Shown here one piece after another: positions 1-12,978 of a stretch of 64,000 bases of DNA (the stretch's first letter is position 1; each line of letters starts with the position of its first letter). Position numbers and translations under genes: made by a program. The notes below the pieces were generated by a model. The model saw only the letters and a list, made by a program, of their open reading frames with translations. It made no database searches and had not been told where the DNA came from. Source of the stretch: Octopus vulgaris (lineage: Eukaryota); contig OX597832.1 of assembly GCA_951406725.2 (NCBI GenBank), forward strand, positions 14,384,001-14,448,000. The letters run 5' to 3'.

Positions 1-220
1 TTGTTTTTGTATCTATTGTTTGTGTCTATGCATACATTTTTTCTATTGTTATTGTTGTTGTCGCTGTTAGGGTTCGTGTTGTTGTTGTTGTTGCCGCTGT
101 TAGGGTTCGTGTTGCTTTTGTTGCTACGGTTGTTATTGTTGCGGTCATTATTGTTTGTGTTGTTGTTGCTGCGGTTAGTGTTTTTCGCGTTGTTGTTGTT
201 GTCGCAAGTGTTGTTGTCAT
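1..220. repeat. Degenerate (GTT)n trinucleotide low-complexity tract
   Basis: Runs of gttgttgtt with variants; produces the poly-Leu and poly-Thr ORFs in the track. Confidence 0.85.
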
Positions 221-221
221 A

Positions 222-583
222 GTATCTATTTAAATTCATATGTAGACATGGTCATTCACACACACACAAACACACACATACAAAAACACACACATTACAT
301 AAAGATACACCCACGCAGACACACTCACACACGCATAAAAACACGCACGCTGCAGTATGAGTATGAGGGTATTTACATGAATGTATGTATATACTGATAA
401 ACGTATCTATTTAAATTCATATGTAGACATGGTCATTCACACACACACAAACACACACATACAAAAACACACACATTACATAAAGATACACCCACGCAGA
501 CACACTCACACACGCATAAAAACACGCACGCTGCAGTATGAGTATGAGGGTATTTACATGAATGTATGTATATACTGATAAAC
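222..583. repeat. Perfect 181-bp tandem duplication (222-402 / 403-583)
   Basis: gtatctatttaaattcatatgtagac...atactgataaac occurs twice at a constant offset of 181. Confidence 0.95.
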
Positions 584-1207
584 GTGTGCAAGCCTGTGCA
601 TAAGTGTAGCTATGGAGGTGTATATATATGGAGTACGAATAGAAAACTAGAATGGAGCAATAGCGCACACCACAACATATGACAATAGTGGATCCTGCAA
701 ACATAATAAATACACAGGTAATTAAAGAAATAGAAATGAATATCTATGTGTATGTATATGTGTATATATATGTATATGTATATGTGTATATATGTGTGTA
801 TATATGTATATATATATATGTATATGTATGTGTATGTATATATATATATATATGTATATGTATATTCCTTTTTTTTTTTTTTTTTTCTCGATTAGATTTA
901 TTATTATTATTACTAATATTGTTGTTATACATACATACAAGCATATGTAATGATAATAATGGGTGGATGTAAACACATGAACAAAATTAGAACAAAAGCA
1001 ACAACAACAAAAACAAAATACAAATTACAAGAATGTATATAACCAGAAGATACAAATATTACAGACATCCCCCCCACACACTAAACAAACATAGACGCAC
1101 ATAGAGATATAAGCATGCGCAAATGAAGACATACAATAGAAATACAAAATGGCTGACGTTTAGTAAGGAGAGACACAAGTAAGTGAGAAGAAAACAAAGG
1201 ACCACTG

Positions 1208-2227
1208 ATGCGGTCACAGGAGTGTGACTACCCCACTAAACACCCCAACCATAGACTACCAGTACTAGACACTGAACTCTGGCTAGAAATTGTGAAAAAT
1301 AAAACCCAAATCCTTCATTCATACTATGCAAAACCTATGGCCTCAAAATACCTGATCCACCGGAACTCAGCTATTGCGGGCAATGCCAAATTCAATATTT
1401 TGATGGCAGACCTCGTCAGAATAATGAGAAATGTGTCACGCATGTGCGAGCCTACAGAATTAAAGAGACACATACAGTATTTCATTCACCGCATGCAGTT
1501 CTCAGGTTACAGCCATAAAGAAAGGATCAGAGTATACAAAGGAGCCATGAAGAAATTTGATAATATATTATGTAATGATAGGAATGGGATTTGCCCACTC
1601 TATAGGAACAAGTCATGGAACACTATAGAAAGGACAAAAAAGAAAATAAGGAAGGCCAACTCTTGGTATGATAGCCATAAATACCAGAGTGTCATGTTCG
1701 TTGACACCACCCCTGGAGGTGAACTAGCGTACCGCTTTAGAAGGACCCTAGATAAACTTAAACTAAGAATTAAGGTTGTTGAAAAGCCAGGCAACCCTAT
1801 CAGATCTATAATTGGTAGAACCTATCCTTTTAGTAGAACTCTCTGTACGGATAACTATTGCACTGTATGTAGATTTAGCCCACAAACGAACTGTAAAGCC
1901 AGAAATGTGGTCTATAGTATAAGATGTATAGAGGGACGATGCAGTAACAAGACAGTAACATACGTAGGGGAAACTGCAAGAAGCATTGGTGAGCGGGTGA
2001 ATGAACATTGGAGACAACTCAAGGAAGGTAAAAGCTCATCGATTCTGTACCAACACGCCGAACAAGAACACGGGGGATCAATCAATAACATAGAGATTAA
2101 GATATTGTCCACACATAGAACAGATGCAACAATTAGACAAATTACAGAAGCTACACATATAATAGAAAATAAACCTAGCCTGAATAGAAAACTAGAATGG
2201 GGCAATAGCGCACACCACAACATATGA
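1208..2227 (+). CDS. PLE polyprotein C-terminal part: end of reverse transcriptase, Cys-rich linker, GIY-YIG endonuclease (N-terminally truncated; the Met is supplied by the pLTR junction)
   Basis: [19 protein letters not shown] (PLE RT motif 6/7 region); CTDNYCTVC linker; [25 protein letters not shown] (GIY-YIG variant); [16 protein letters not shown]-terminal E/N motif. Confidence 0.9.
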   Translation: MRSQECDYPTKHPNHRLPVLDTELWLEIVKNKTQILHSYYAKPMASKYLIHRNSAIAGNAKFNILMADLVRIMRNVSRMCEPTELKRHIQYFIHRMQFSGYSHKERIRVYKGAMKKFDNILCNDRNGICPLYRNKSWNTIERTKKKIRKANSWYDSHKYQSVMFVDTTPGGELAYRFRRTLDKLKLRIKVVEKPGNPIRSIIGRTYPFSRTLCTDNYCTVCRFSPQTNCKARNVVYSIRCIEGRCSNKTVTYVGETARSIGERVNEHWRQLKEGKSSSILYQHAEQEHGGSINNIEIKILSTHRTDATIRQITEATHIIENKPSLNRKLEWGNSAHHNI

Positions 2228-2742
2228 CAATAGTGGATCCTGCAAACATAATAAATACACAGGTAATTAAAGAAATAGAAATGAATATCTATGTGTATGT
2301 ATATGTGTATATATATGTATATGTATATGTGTATATATGTGTGTATATATGTATATATATATATGTATATGTATGTGTATGTATATATATATATATATGT
2401 ATATGTATATTCTTTTTTTTTTTTTTTTTTCTCGATTAGATTTATTATTATTATTACTAATATTGTTGTTATACATACATACAAGCATATGTAATGATAA
2501 TAATGGGTGGATGTAAACACATGAACAAAATTAGAACAAAAGCAACAACAACAAAAACAAAATACAAATTACAAGAATGTATATAACCAGAAGATACAAA
2601 TATTACAGACATCCCCCCCACACACTAAATAAACATAGACGCACATAGAGATATAAGCATGCGCAAATGAAGACATACAATAGAAATACAAAATGGCTGA
2701 CGGTTAGTAAGGAGAGACACAAGTAAGTGAGAAGAAAACAAA

Positions 2743-2787
2743 GGACCACTGATGCGGTCACAGGAGTGTGACGAAAGAACTTTGGCC
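2743..2787 (+). ncRNA. Hammerhead-ribozyme-like motif (type I, non-canonical core) in the PLE pseudo-LTR
   Basis: GGACCA-CUGAUGCG-GUCAC(AGGAGU)GUGAC-GAAA-G(AA)C-UU-UGGCC; stems I, II and III can form, but A9 is replaced by C. Confidence 0.55.
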
Positions 2788-2901
2788 GAAATAAGATTAA
2801 GATTAATGTAAAAAATAAATATCACTGAAGCAAAATAACACCAAATATATAGTGCGTGTGTTTTTATTGGCTAAACTGGCAATATGACCATTCCGAAATA
2901 T

Positions 2902-2937
<36 letters not shown>

Positions 2938-3049
2938 GTGCGATGGGAAATGGGAAACATTTTTGCTATCTTATATCCTTTATTTCGGACATGCGCGTTG
3001 TTTACTTTGATTTCTCGACTTCAAGATATTGTCGACAAAGACATTTACC

Positions 3050-3696
3050 ATAACACAATTCACTCTGACGAAAATTTGGAAACTACATGCTATGCTGATT
3101 CGTCGAATGTTTTGGTGTCAATCCGAGGACAGTGCAATGTGAGGACAGGTACCGAGAGTGATGTAAATCAAACAGCCAGTCAACATCATGGTATTTCGAG
3201 TGATTGTTTGTGATGGCGAAGTTATGCCTCGCTTCATCTTCCCACGCGGCCTCAGAATGAACACGGAGGCGCACATCGAATTCCGGGAGAAGGTACTGCT
3301 GGCCTTGAAAAATCTATGCCTAAGAACAGGACTATATGGCACGCAAGCAAGAGAACATAGCTTCTGTACCTAACTTCTGGCTACCTAGCTCTTCAAACTG
3401 AAACCCCTCGATTATGTGTGGGGCAGTTGAGAGAGAGACAAAGAAAACATCCTGTAACAGGAAAAGGAGCTAAAGGAAAGGATTATGGCAGTATTTACCA
3501 ACTTAAACAAGAAAACCACCTCCATTCCGAAGTCGTATGGAGGCCATAGTTGTAACCAACAGAGATTTTATTGAATAAATTCCCTCTTTAGTATTTCAAG
3601 ATGTTTTGATGCAATTTTGGTAACTATATCTGTTAAAATGAATTGTCAGTGTTGTTTTCATATTTGCAGAATTTAGACAATGTATTCACCGATCCC

Positions 3697-3698
<2 letters not shown>
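3050..3698 (+). mobile_element. Tc1/mariner-superfamily (IS630-Tc1-mariner) transposase remnant, C-terminal half and right end
   Basis: HSDE; DGEVMPRFIFPRGLRMNTEAHIE; frameshifted W.P.S...NPLDY.VWG motif; ends ...NRDFIE*, followed by a TIR-like end and (TA)n. Confidence 0.8.
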
Positions 3699-3727
<29 letters not shown>

Positions 3728-3729
<2 letters not shown>

Positions 3730-4133
3730 CACAGGAGTGGCTGTGTCGTAGGTAGCTGGTTTACGAACCACATGGTTCCTGGTTCAGTCCCACTGCGTGG
3801 CACCTTGGGCAAGTGTCTTCTACTATAGCCTCGGGCCGACCAAAGCCTTGTGAGTAGATTTGGTAGACGGAAACTGAAAGAAGCCCGTCGTATGTATGTG
3901 TATATATGTATATGCGTGTATGTGTTTGTGTGTCTGTGTGTGTCCCCTAGCATCGCTTGACAACCGATGCTGGTGTGTTTATGTCCCCATTACTTAGCGG
4001 TTCGGCAAACGAGACCGATAGAATAAGTACTGGGCTTACAAAAGAATAAGTCCCGAGGTCGAGTTGCTCGATTAAAGGCGGTGCTCCAGCATGGCCGCAA
4101 TCAAATGACTGAAACAAGTAAAAGAATAAAAGA
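3728..4133 (+). mobile_element. tRNA-derived SINE, family K (GGCGCAGGAGTGGCTGTGTGG head, internal (TA/TG)n, CAGCATGGCCGC...CTGAAACAAGTAAAAGA tail), full length
   Basis: A-box TGGCTGTGTCGTA, B-box GGTTCAGTCCC; at least 12 homologous copies in the window. Confidence 0.9.
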
Positions 4134-4178
4134 ATATATATATATGTGTGTGCGGGTGGGTGGGGGTGGATGTGTGCC

Positions 4179-4209
<31 letters not shown>

Positions 4210-4210
4210 T

Positions 4211-4242
<32 letters not shown>

Positions 4243-4244
<2 letters not shown>

Positions 4245-4490
4245 GAGTGCGTATGGTATTTGGGTCATTGCTGCATATTTTGCTAGCTCTGTATAATATT
4301 TATTCAGAAAAGTAATAACAGCAGATCCTCTGCTTACTCAAGAAATGAAGAGACATGCTTTTATTGTGGTTATAACAGCTGAGCATGGCGAGTTAGAAAT
4401 ATTTCAATTGTTTAAAGTTGCCAGATCTTTCGTCTACAAAGTTTGTAAGGACTTAGAGACTGAACATGGAATGCCCCATCATCAGGGAAA
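4243..4490 (+). mobile_element. Tc1/mariner-superfamily remnant, left end and N-terminal HTH region
   Basis: MKRHAFIVVITAEHGELEIFQLFKVARSFVYKVCKDLE resembles a transposase paired-like HTH; starts with CAG after (TA)n. Confidence 0.6.
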
Positions 4491-4577
4491 AGAGAATATT
4501 AGTGCTTGTGGCAGAAATGTGTTTAATTGTTTTGGATGTATTGACTTATGTTTTACATAAGATATATACGAGTTGTG

Positions 4578-4957
4578 AAGGTGCAATGGCCCAGTGGTTA
4601 GGGCAGCGGACTCGCGGTCGTAAGATCTGCGGTTTCGATTCCCAGACCGGGCGTTGTGAGTGTTTATTGAGCGAAAACATCTAAAGCCCCACGAGGCTCC
4701 GGCAGGGATAGTGGTGATCCCTGCTGTACTCTTTCACCACAAATTTCTCTCACTCTTACTTCCTGTTTCTGTTGTACCTGTATTTCAAAGGGCCGGCCTT
4801 GTCACTCTCTGTGTCACGCTGAATATCCCCGAGAACTACGTTAAGGGTACACGTGTATGTGGAGTACTCAGCCACTTACACGTTAATTTCACGAGCAGGC
4901 TGTTCCGTTGATCGGATCAACCGGAACCCTCGTCGTCGTAACCGACGAAGTGCTTCC
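4578..4957 (+). mobile_element. tRNA-derived SINE (head/body A + tail X) with 12-bp TSD
   Basis: TGGCCCAGTGGTTAGGGCAGCGGACTCGCG..GTTTCGATTCCC head; TSD atacgagttgtg at 4566-4577 and 4958-4969; near-identical copy at 44515-44904. Confidence 0.92.
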
Positions 4958-6399
4958 ATACGAGTTGTGGAAATTATCAAGAGGGTTGGTGGGAGAGCTT
5001 TTTTTATTATTTAAAAAAAATTATAACCAAGTGGCAATAAATTGTTGTACTATAGAAAATGTTACTATGCAGGTTCGAATTAAATTTATTCTTGAAATTT
5101 AAATATATATGGTTTGCACGAATGAATAGCTTCAGAGGACTAATTTAAAAGATCAGAATTAAAAAGGTGAAGGATTATATACGATTCTTTTATACACAGT
5201 CGACATCTGCCAGTAATTGTATTGTGTGGTTGAACCTCACATATGATCGACCAACACAAAGTATATTTAATGACTTACAATTTTAAATTGTGCATATAAT
5301 TTACTAACGCCGTATGGTTTCTGTTTTAACTTAATGGAATTTGCGTGTATTCTACACTGTTTTTTGAAGTCTTTGCTACTTCCCATATATACACTTGTAT
5401 GCTGTTTTTTTTTTTTTATTTGTCACATTTCTATGTTAAATTTTTGCGTAGACATAGACCCGCAAGCGAACAAAATTCAGGGTCCCTACAATTGCAACGT
5501 TTTGGATTTCTATATATACTTTTAGTTTTATTAATGTAATTTGGAGTAGTGTTAGGTATCCTATGATGTGGGCATTTATTAATATGGAGTTAAATTTTAT
5601 TTCTGTTTGTAGATACGTATATGTATACACCAATCATTGTCTGCCTGAGTGGAAATTCTTCCCCCTATCTCTTGAACTTGTCTAGCGTCTGCGTTTTGAC
5701 TCGAGCACTTCCATGTTTTCTATTATTTTCTATGTATGCCCATACGTATGTACGTATTTATCGTAAAACTTTTTTCGCAATCTTCGCAAAACTTTTAATA
5801 ATTTCGTTTAAGTTTTCACTTCTTTTCGGTTCATTAGATTTTATAAATTTCTTATCTATGTATTTGAAGACGAAATGTGTAACACATATTCTACATTTTG
5901 GTTACAGGTTTGTTTTTTATGACTTTTTCTTCATGTGAATGTATTTGAAAGTCATCGGTAACATTCGTAAAATTATTAGAAATATGTAGTATTGATAAGT
6001 ATTAATCAACAATTTTATATGGTGCAGAAAAAGAGGAGATAAAAGTAATTCATATATATGAAAACATTAAAGTAAATGGACACGTGAATCTTCATATTTT
6101 CAATTAAAAAAATTCTTCTTCTCTTGACTCAGTGAGATCTCATTTTTTACATATCCGTAATTGAATGCGCATAAGATAGGTTATACTCTTCTTTAACATA
6201 AAATGTTTTAGCATATACAAATTTATAACGGATTCCCTCCAAACGTACTAAGCGACACTTGTGTATACATGCACGTAAATACAAACACATACATATTTAC
6301 ACATACACACGTATCTACGTACTTTCATACATATTACTAGATGTGTGAAATAGAAATGTGCAAATTATCATTTCTGCCAAGTTAGTACCAAGCAGCATC

Positions 6400-7340
6400 A
6401 ACATTCGCCTTTCCCTTGTCGGACAATTGAAGCAGATTTACGAGGATTTGCAACACTTTTCCTCTCGGCTAACACCACAAAATCCATCTAAGATGGCGTT
6501 GAAATCACCCACTAACACTAAATGTAGTGTTGGAGGTGGGTGCATCTTTTCATTTGTTGGTGTACTGTTGTGCCTTTTGTTAGTGTATTACTTTTGACTT
6601 CTGTCCAATCAATTCTTTCGGCCTCTTCCCACATGTCTGAGTGATCAGAGTCGGAAACGGGTAGTGGGTCAAAATTTGACGATGCATTTTCTTCCCTGGC
6701 AAGAGCGGAGTTGATGGTGTTTTTTTGGCCACTTTTGTTTTTAGCTTTGTTGTCTCTCGGATAGTTGATTGTGGTGCTGGTGGTGTTGGTGGTTGTTGTG
6801 GTGCTATGCTTGCTTGAGTCTTCATTGCCTTCTTTTCGTGGGGTTTCTTCCCCCGTTAGGGCTGTTTTTGTTGTTGTTGTTGCTTCTGTAGTTGGGGGTT
6901 GCTTCAGTTGTGGGTGGTACTTGAATCAAGGGTTATAGTACCATCCTTCTGTTTTAATTGCGGCCAGAAGGCTTTCGTGTGGTTATTCTGTCCGCATTGA
7001 TAACATACTGGCCTTCTGCCATCAACTGTGACGTTCAGCATAGTGCAATCTGGAAAGCTGAGATGGTCAGTAATTTCTCCCAAACAGTCTTGGTTTATTT
7101 GGAACATTATTTGTAATTCTTCTCCAGTCCAGTTGCTTTTTCCTTATTTCCTGACTTGGGCAATTCTGATTTTGTCTTCCAAGTCGAGGATGGCGGCTGC
7201 GACAATCTAGCAAACGTTTATTTCTAGTGGTATTTCCAGTATTTTTATCTTGGCGACGCGCCATATTAAGTATGTTGCAACTAAGATTAGCTCACTGTTT
7301 CACACCTGGGCTAGGGGGCGCTGTTTACTACGTTTTCTGT
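6400..7340 (-). pseudogene. Degenerate gag/ORF1-like retroelement protein with CCHC zinc knuckle
   Basis: RVAKIKILEIPLEINVC*..NWTGEEL..LNVTVDGRRPVCYQCGQNNHTKAFWP, then a Pro/Thr/Lys-rich tail; homologous to 16.7-17.2 kb and 41.05-41.3 kb. Confidence 0.7.
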
Positions 7341-7360
7341 AGCAAATCTGATTTTAACTC

Positions 7361-7750
7361 TTATTTCTTTATTGTCCACAAGGGGCTAAACATAGAGGGG
7401 AGAAACAAGGAAAGATAAAGGGATTAAGTCGATTACATCGACCACAGTGCATAACTGGTACCTAATTTATCGACCCCGAAAGGATGAAAGGCAAAGTCGA
7501 CCACGGCGGAATTTGAACTCAGAACGAAACGGCAGACGAATACCTATTTCTTTACTACCCACAAGGGGCTAAACGCAGAGAGGACAAACAATGAGAAACA
7601 AACGGATTAAGTCGATTATATTTAATCGACCCCGAAAGGATGAAAGGCGAAGTCGACAACGGCGGAATTTGAACTCAGAACGAAACGGCAGACGAAATAC
7701 CGCTAAAAATTTCGCCCGGCGTGCTAACGTTTCTGCTAGCTCGCCGCCTT
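7361..7750 (-). mobile_element. Head-to-tail dimer of a Meta-domain-like tRNA SINE
   Basis: Minus strand GAGTTCAAATTCCGCC..GTCGACTTTGCCTTTCATCCTTTCGGGGTCGATAAATTAGGTACCAG occurs twice (about 7361-7543 and 7544-7750). Confidence 0.85.
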
Positions 7751-8573
7751 ATATGACTTCAATTACCCCCACCCCGACAGATATGTTAAGTCTTTCCAAG
7801 TTGATACGAAGCTTTTTTCAATTGCTTGCTTTGTGGCAGTTTCTAAACGATAAAGATTAGTATTGTACACTATAGTACGTTTGTCTGTATTGCCTACAGT
7901 ATCCAGAGGAGTGTTTATCGAAATGCAACTTCCCGTTTTTTTTTTCTTTTTAACATGTTTCTGTAGTCTTTGAGAGATTTACAAAAACATTAATTAATTC
8001 ATTTCTGGGCTTTTGTCAGTAAAGCAAAACCTCGGCTATTTAATGAATTTGGTTTTTTGTTATTGTTGAATGTTCAATGTGTTAGTGTTACTAGTGGTAA
8101 TGGGAGGGCTTGGATTCACAGGTGTTGCGACGCTAGCAGCAAACATTAACTGAATATCCTTACTCTTTTCCTCTTCCTTCTCGCGTTTCTTTCTTCGTTT
8201 TCCTTCTCTTCTTCAGCATTACACGTGCTAGTAAGACTTTGGTAGTCCGCCTCTTTACCTTTTAAGGCGCAGAGATGGCGGAGACAGTGAATTTTCAAAC
8301 ATTTTTGGAAGTTTTCCTACAGCAGATGGGAGAAATTAAACTCATCTCCAAGGACATTTTGTAAATCTTAAAATTGAAAAAGGAGAAGACATGGTGAATT
8401 TAGAATGAAAATTCACCTCAAAAGGGGTAAAGTCTCACCTAACGTCTAAGCTCAGTCGGTCTGGCTACAGAAATGTAAAACTTTTCACATAAAACAATAC
8501 TATCTGAAAAAATTGTGAAAAAAAGTACACCTCATGAACACACGTCACTTCGTCGAAATCCAGGAGAGAGTCC

Positions 8574-8575
<2 letters not shown>

Positions 8576-8613
<38 letters not shown>

Positions 8614-8614
8614 G

Positions 8615-8645
<31 letters not shown>

Positions 8646-8648
8646 TAT
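8576..8648. repeat. (TAA)n microsatellite, target site 5' of the Dong-like LINE
   Basis: Direct reading of the sequence. Confidence 0.95.
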
Positions 8649-8651
8649 AGT

Positions 8652-10908
8652 AAACATCTGTCCTGACGGAATATACCTATAGTTTTTTAACAGACAGCAG
8701 CATATTCCCTAATGAACAGAAAGGATGTAAACGTGGATCCTACGGCTGTAAAGACCAACTACTCATCAATAAGATGATCTTAGAAGATTGTCACAAACGA
8801 CACAAAAACTTATCAATAGCCTGGATAGACTATAAAAAGGCTTTTGATAGCCTACCACATAGCTGGATTAGGAAATGCCTTGAAATGTATAAGATAGCAC
8901 CAACTCTGCGAAACTTCTTGACTGTAAGTATGAGATCATGGAGAACCACACTAACTCTGAACAGTGACAGTGAATCCCTAAATGCTGGGGATGTAAAAAT
9001 TTCGTGTGGCATTTTCCAGGGTGACTCACTGTCACCACTCCTCTTTTGTTTATCCTTAATACCTCTCTCAAAGCTGCTCAATGACGCGCAGTACGGGTAT
9101 AAAATGTTTGATAAAAATATAAATCATCTCGTTTACATGGATGATTTAAAGCTTTTGCAAAAAATGATCAACAACTCAAGGGCTTACTAGCGATAGTCAA
9201 ACAATTCAGTGACGACATCAGAATGCAATTCGGCCTCGATAAATGTGCAAAGGCTACCTTTATCAAAGGAAAAATGACAGAAACATCTAACGTTAACCTT
9301 GACCAACAGAATGTCATAAAAGAACTAGACCCAGCGGAGAGCTACAAGTACCTAGGGATAATTGAAGGGAACCGAATAAGGCATTCAGAGATGAAGGAAA
9401 GGATCAGGAGAGAATGCTATCGAAGAGTGAGAGCAATACTCAAGACAGAGCTGAATGCAAGAAACAGGATCGAAGCAATCAATGCATTAGCTATACCAGT
9501 CGTGACTTACAGTTTCAATATTGTTAACTGGTCAATTACTGAAATATGTCAGCTCGACAGAAAAATAAGGAAACTGTTGACAATGCATAGAATGCACCAC
9601 CCTAAGGCAGATACAGAACGACTCTATCTGCCAAGAAAAGAGGGAGGCCGTGGTCTTTTGCAACTGGCAATAACAATGAAGATTGCTACAATTGGCCTAG
9701 ACACCTACCTGAAAAACTCTGAGGACTGGATGCTAAAACTTGTCTCAAAACATGAAAACAAGAAAGCATCATACTCAGTCACAAAACAGGCAAAGGAATA
9801 TCTAAGTGAACTCCGAATACAACCAATTTCGGAATTAGAGATAGATATACAAGAAACAAGCACAGAAAAAGCTAGGCGCATGAAAACCCGTGCCAAAACT
9901 GCGGCCTTAGATATTCTGAATAATAAATGGCAAGAAAAACCTCTCTATGGCAAATACCCAAAGAGAGCGAATAATGCAGATATCGACAAAGCCCTGACCC
10001 ATCAATGGCTAATGGCCTCTGGCTTAAAATCTGAAACAGAGGGGTTTATCATAGCAGCTCAAGATCAATGCCTACCAACAAGAAACTACCAGGCCAACAT
10101 ATTAAAGATCAGAAGCAGTCCAACGTGTCGTGTATGCAAGCAACAAAATGAAACCATTGACCATGTGGTCTCCAAGTGCAGTCTTCTAGCGCCTACAGAG
10201 TATCTCAACAGGCACGATAGAGCTGCACAATATATTCACTGGGTAATCTGTAAAAACCTGGATTTGCCCCATGAAAAAAACTGGTGGGAACACAAACCAC
10301 CCCCAGTGCTTGAAAATGACCACATCTCACTCCTCTGGAACTTCACCATTCAAACTGACAGGAAGATAGATGCAAATAGGCCAGACATCATATTGAAAAA
10401 CTTCAAACAAAGAACATGCCTCCTCATTGATATGACTGTCCCAATCGATATAAACGTATCTGTCAAGACCTACCAAAAACTGAGCAAATATAAAGATCTT
10501 GAAATAGAAATCAGCAAAATGTGGAAGCTGAAGACTAAAACAATACCTGTTGTCATAGGTGCCCTGGGAATGATAGCAAAAGGGGCTGATAGCTACCTAA
10601 CTCAGATACCAGGAAACCCAAAAATGGCAGAAGTTCAAAAGATAGTGCTCATGGGAACTGCTCATATCCTACGCAAAATACTCTATATTTAATCTCAAGT
10701 TTTAAAACAAAAATAATTTTCGGTTTAAAAAAAAAAAAAAAACCTTTTTTTTTTTTTTTAGACATTCATTAGTACAACATCCCCACCCCCCAAATATATG
10801 GCACACTAGGCATAACAACAACATGAACTTCCAACCCTGTTGTCTCTTGAGGTCTCTGGGTGAGACTTGGCGCCAACTTGTACAAATATAAAGCAAAAGT
10901 CAAACATA

Positions 10909-10910
<2 letters not shown>
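8652..10910 (+). mobile_element. R4/Dong-type non-LTR retrotransposon (RT + CCHC + restriction-like endonuclease), 5'-truncated, inserted in (TAA)n
   Basis: EQKGCKRGSYGCKDQL, IAWIDYKKAFDSLPH, GIFQGDSLSPLLF, YMDDLKL; CRVCKQQNETIDHVVSKC; RHD; NRPDII..LLIDMTVP..KLSKYKDL; 3' UTR then (TAA)n tail. Confidence 0.95.
8654..10692 (+). pseudogene. Dong-like RT-RLE ORF, open except for one -1 frameshift at 9153-9156
   Basis: ORFs 8774-9190 and 9223-10692 fuse if one T is added in the T4 run after YMDDLKL, giving LFAKNDQQLKGLLAIVKQFSDDIRMQFGLDKC. Confidence 0.9.
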
Positions 10911-11150
<240 letters not shown>

Positions 11151-12305
11151 TAGGTGAGAACCAGAGTCAATAGGACTTTCGAATGTACTATTAAATTTTC
11201 ATATGATAGAAATTTAAAGTTTATGAACCTGTAGCTATTTTGTAATTCGTGTTTTTAAACGAGTTGATCATTCTGATAATTTTATTGAATAATAATTTGT
11301 AGTCTGATAAGCAAACGCGTGATATGGAATAGAATGACTCATTCTCAGTGATTCAATTACGAACGTGTAAATTCTTGGGAAGAAGGAATAGTGTACTGCA
11401 CTTTTGGCCGTGTGGAATTTAATTGATTTCTTTACGTATTTTTTTGTAATAATATTATTGAAAAATTATGATAGAAGATGTAAAGTGAATAAATTACGAT
11501 TGCTGACAGCATACTCTGATTTTTTTTTTGTCTGTAAGAATTACTAGGTTATGTACTTGTTCAGTGAATGCGTGTTCAATTTTGAGATAAACTCATCTTG
11601 GGAATATTCTAGAGGACACACATAGGATATACTCCAATTTCTATTTCAGAAGTATATATTCAGAAAAGTATTTACACCTGTGTTACTAATAGGTTTTCGA
11701 AGTTTTCTCATGTAAAATATCGAGTTATTATTCTTAATTATATATATATACAGATATAAAGTTGTGCGACATTTGACTTTGGCTTTCCATAGATATCAAA
11801 AAGAAAAAATAAATAAAACACACACACGTATATATAATACTACACAGGAGTAACTCATACAGTTATTGATCATAATACACATAACTCCGATAATAACAGA
11901 GAACAACAGCGACTTGTAATGTGTAACTTCAACTTGAGAAAATAGAATGCCTAAAACGGCTCCAGATTTGTCCCCCGCTGAAAATATTGGGTTATTAGAA
12001 GTTTGCAAACAAATTCTATAAATGTCTGAACAACTTGCTTTGACTCTACGAAAAAGATGTTTAGTGACTAAACAGAGAACCGTTTCCAAACAGATTAATC
12101 GGAACACACACAAACACACTCACGCACGCACATAGACATGTACGCGCACAAGCACGCGGGCGCACTCTCTCACACACACATAAACACAGACACATACACA
12201 TACACACAAACACACAAATGTCATATTTTTGGCATAGCGAAAAAACCGACGATCAATATTCTATGTAAATTCGCAGATACATAAATTTTCAGAGCCTAGA
12301 ATATA

Positions 12306-12763
12306 TCTGTATATATAAAAAGCTGGATGTGTGTGCTTTTGTGTCTGTGTGTTTGTATGCGTGTGTGTGTGTGTGTATATGAATGTAATTTATGCATGTA
12401 CAGAAATTAGCACGTATGTCGCTCCAATTTAAGGAGAACATCCGTCATGATCCTAGCTGTATTTTCGTCAACTTATTTTCCCCAGAGGCACCAGCGTATA
12501 GCAGTAAAAATAAATTTTCAACCAGTACTTTTAACAGTCGGAGAAATCACCATTGTTTACAAACAGGATTTAAGTCGCCTTCTAGCAACGGGAATTTTTC
12601 TGTTAAGGCTTTTGTTGTTTTTTTCCATCGAGAAAAAACAATTTTTTTCATATACGTCAACACACAGACGTTAACACGATCAGTTATGCGTTCAAAAAAC
12701 ATGTATGCAATAGGTGGTACGTACGTATGTGTGTGTGCGTGTGTGTGTGTGAGTGTGTGTTGC

Positions 12764-12811
<48 letters not shown>

Positions 12812-12931
12812 CTATTTTACTCCTCTACCGAACCGCTAAGTTACGCGGACGTAAACACTCCAGCATCGGTTGTGAAGCGATGTTGGGGGAACAAACATAT
12901 ACACACACATACATACATACATACACACACA

Positions 12932-12978
<47 letters not shown>

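Larger units (their letters stand above)
637..2905 (+). mobile_element. Penelope-like retroelement (PLE), 5'-truncated, partial-tandem structure with pseudo-LTRs
   Basis: Direct repeats 637-1228 and 2182-2772 (about 4 substitutions plus a homopolymer difference) flank an open RT-thumb + GIY-YIG ORF; hammerhead-like motif in the repeat; ends at a (TA)n run. Confidence 0.93.

Noticed and set aside
222-2772. CRISPR array or true LTR retrotransposon
   Set aside because: There is no repeat-spacer periodicity. The direct repeats lack TG..CA ends, PBS and PPT, and overlap the ORF end, as PLE pseudo-LTRs do.
11930-12000. PKTAPDLSPAENIG, resembling the Tc1 SPDLSPIEN motif
   Set aside because: A single short motif with no supportable flanking homology or boundaries.
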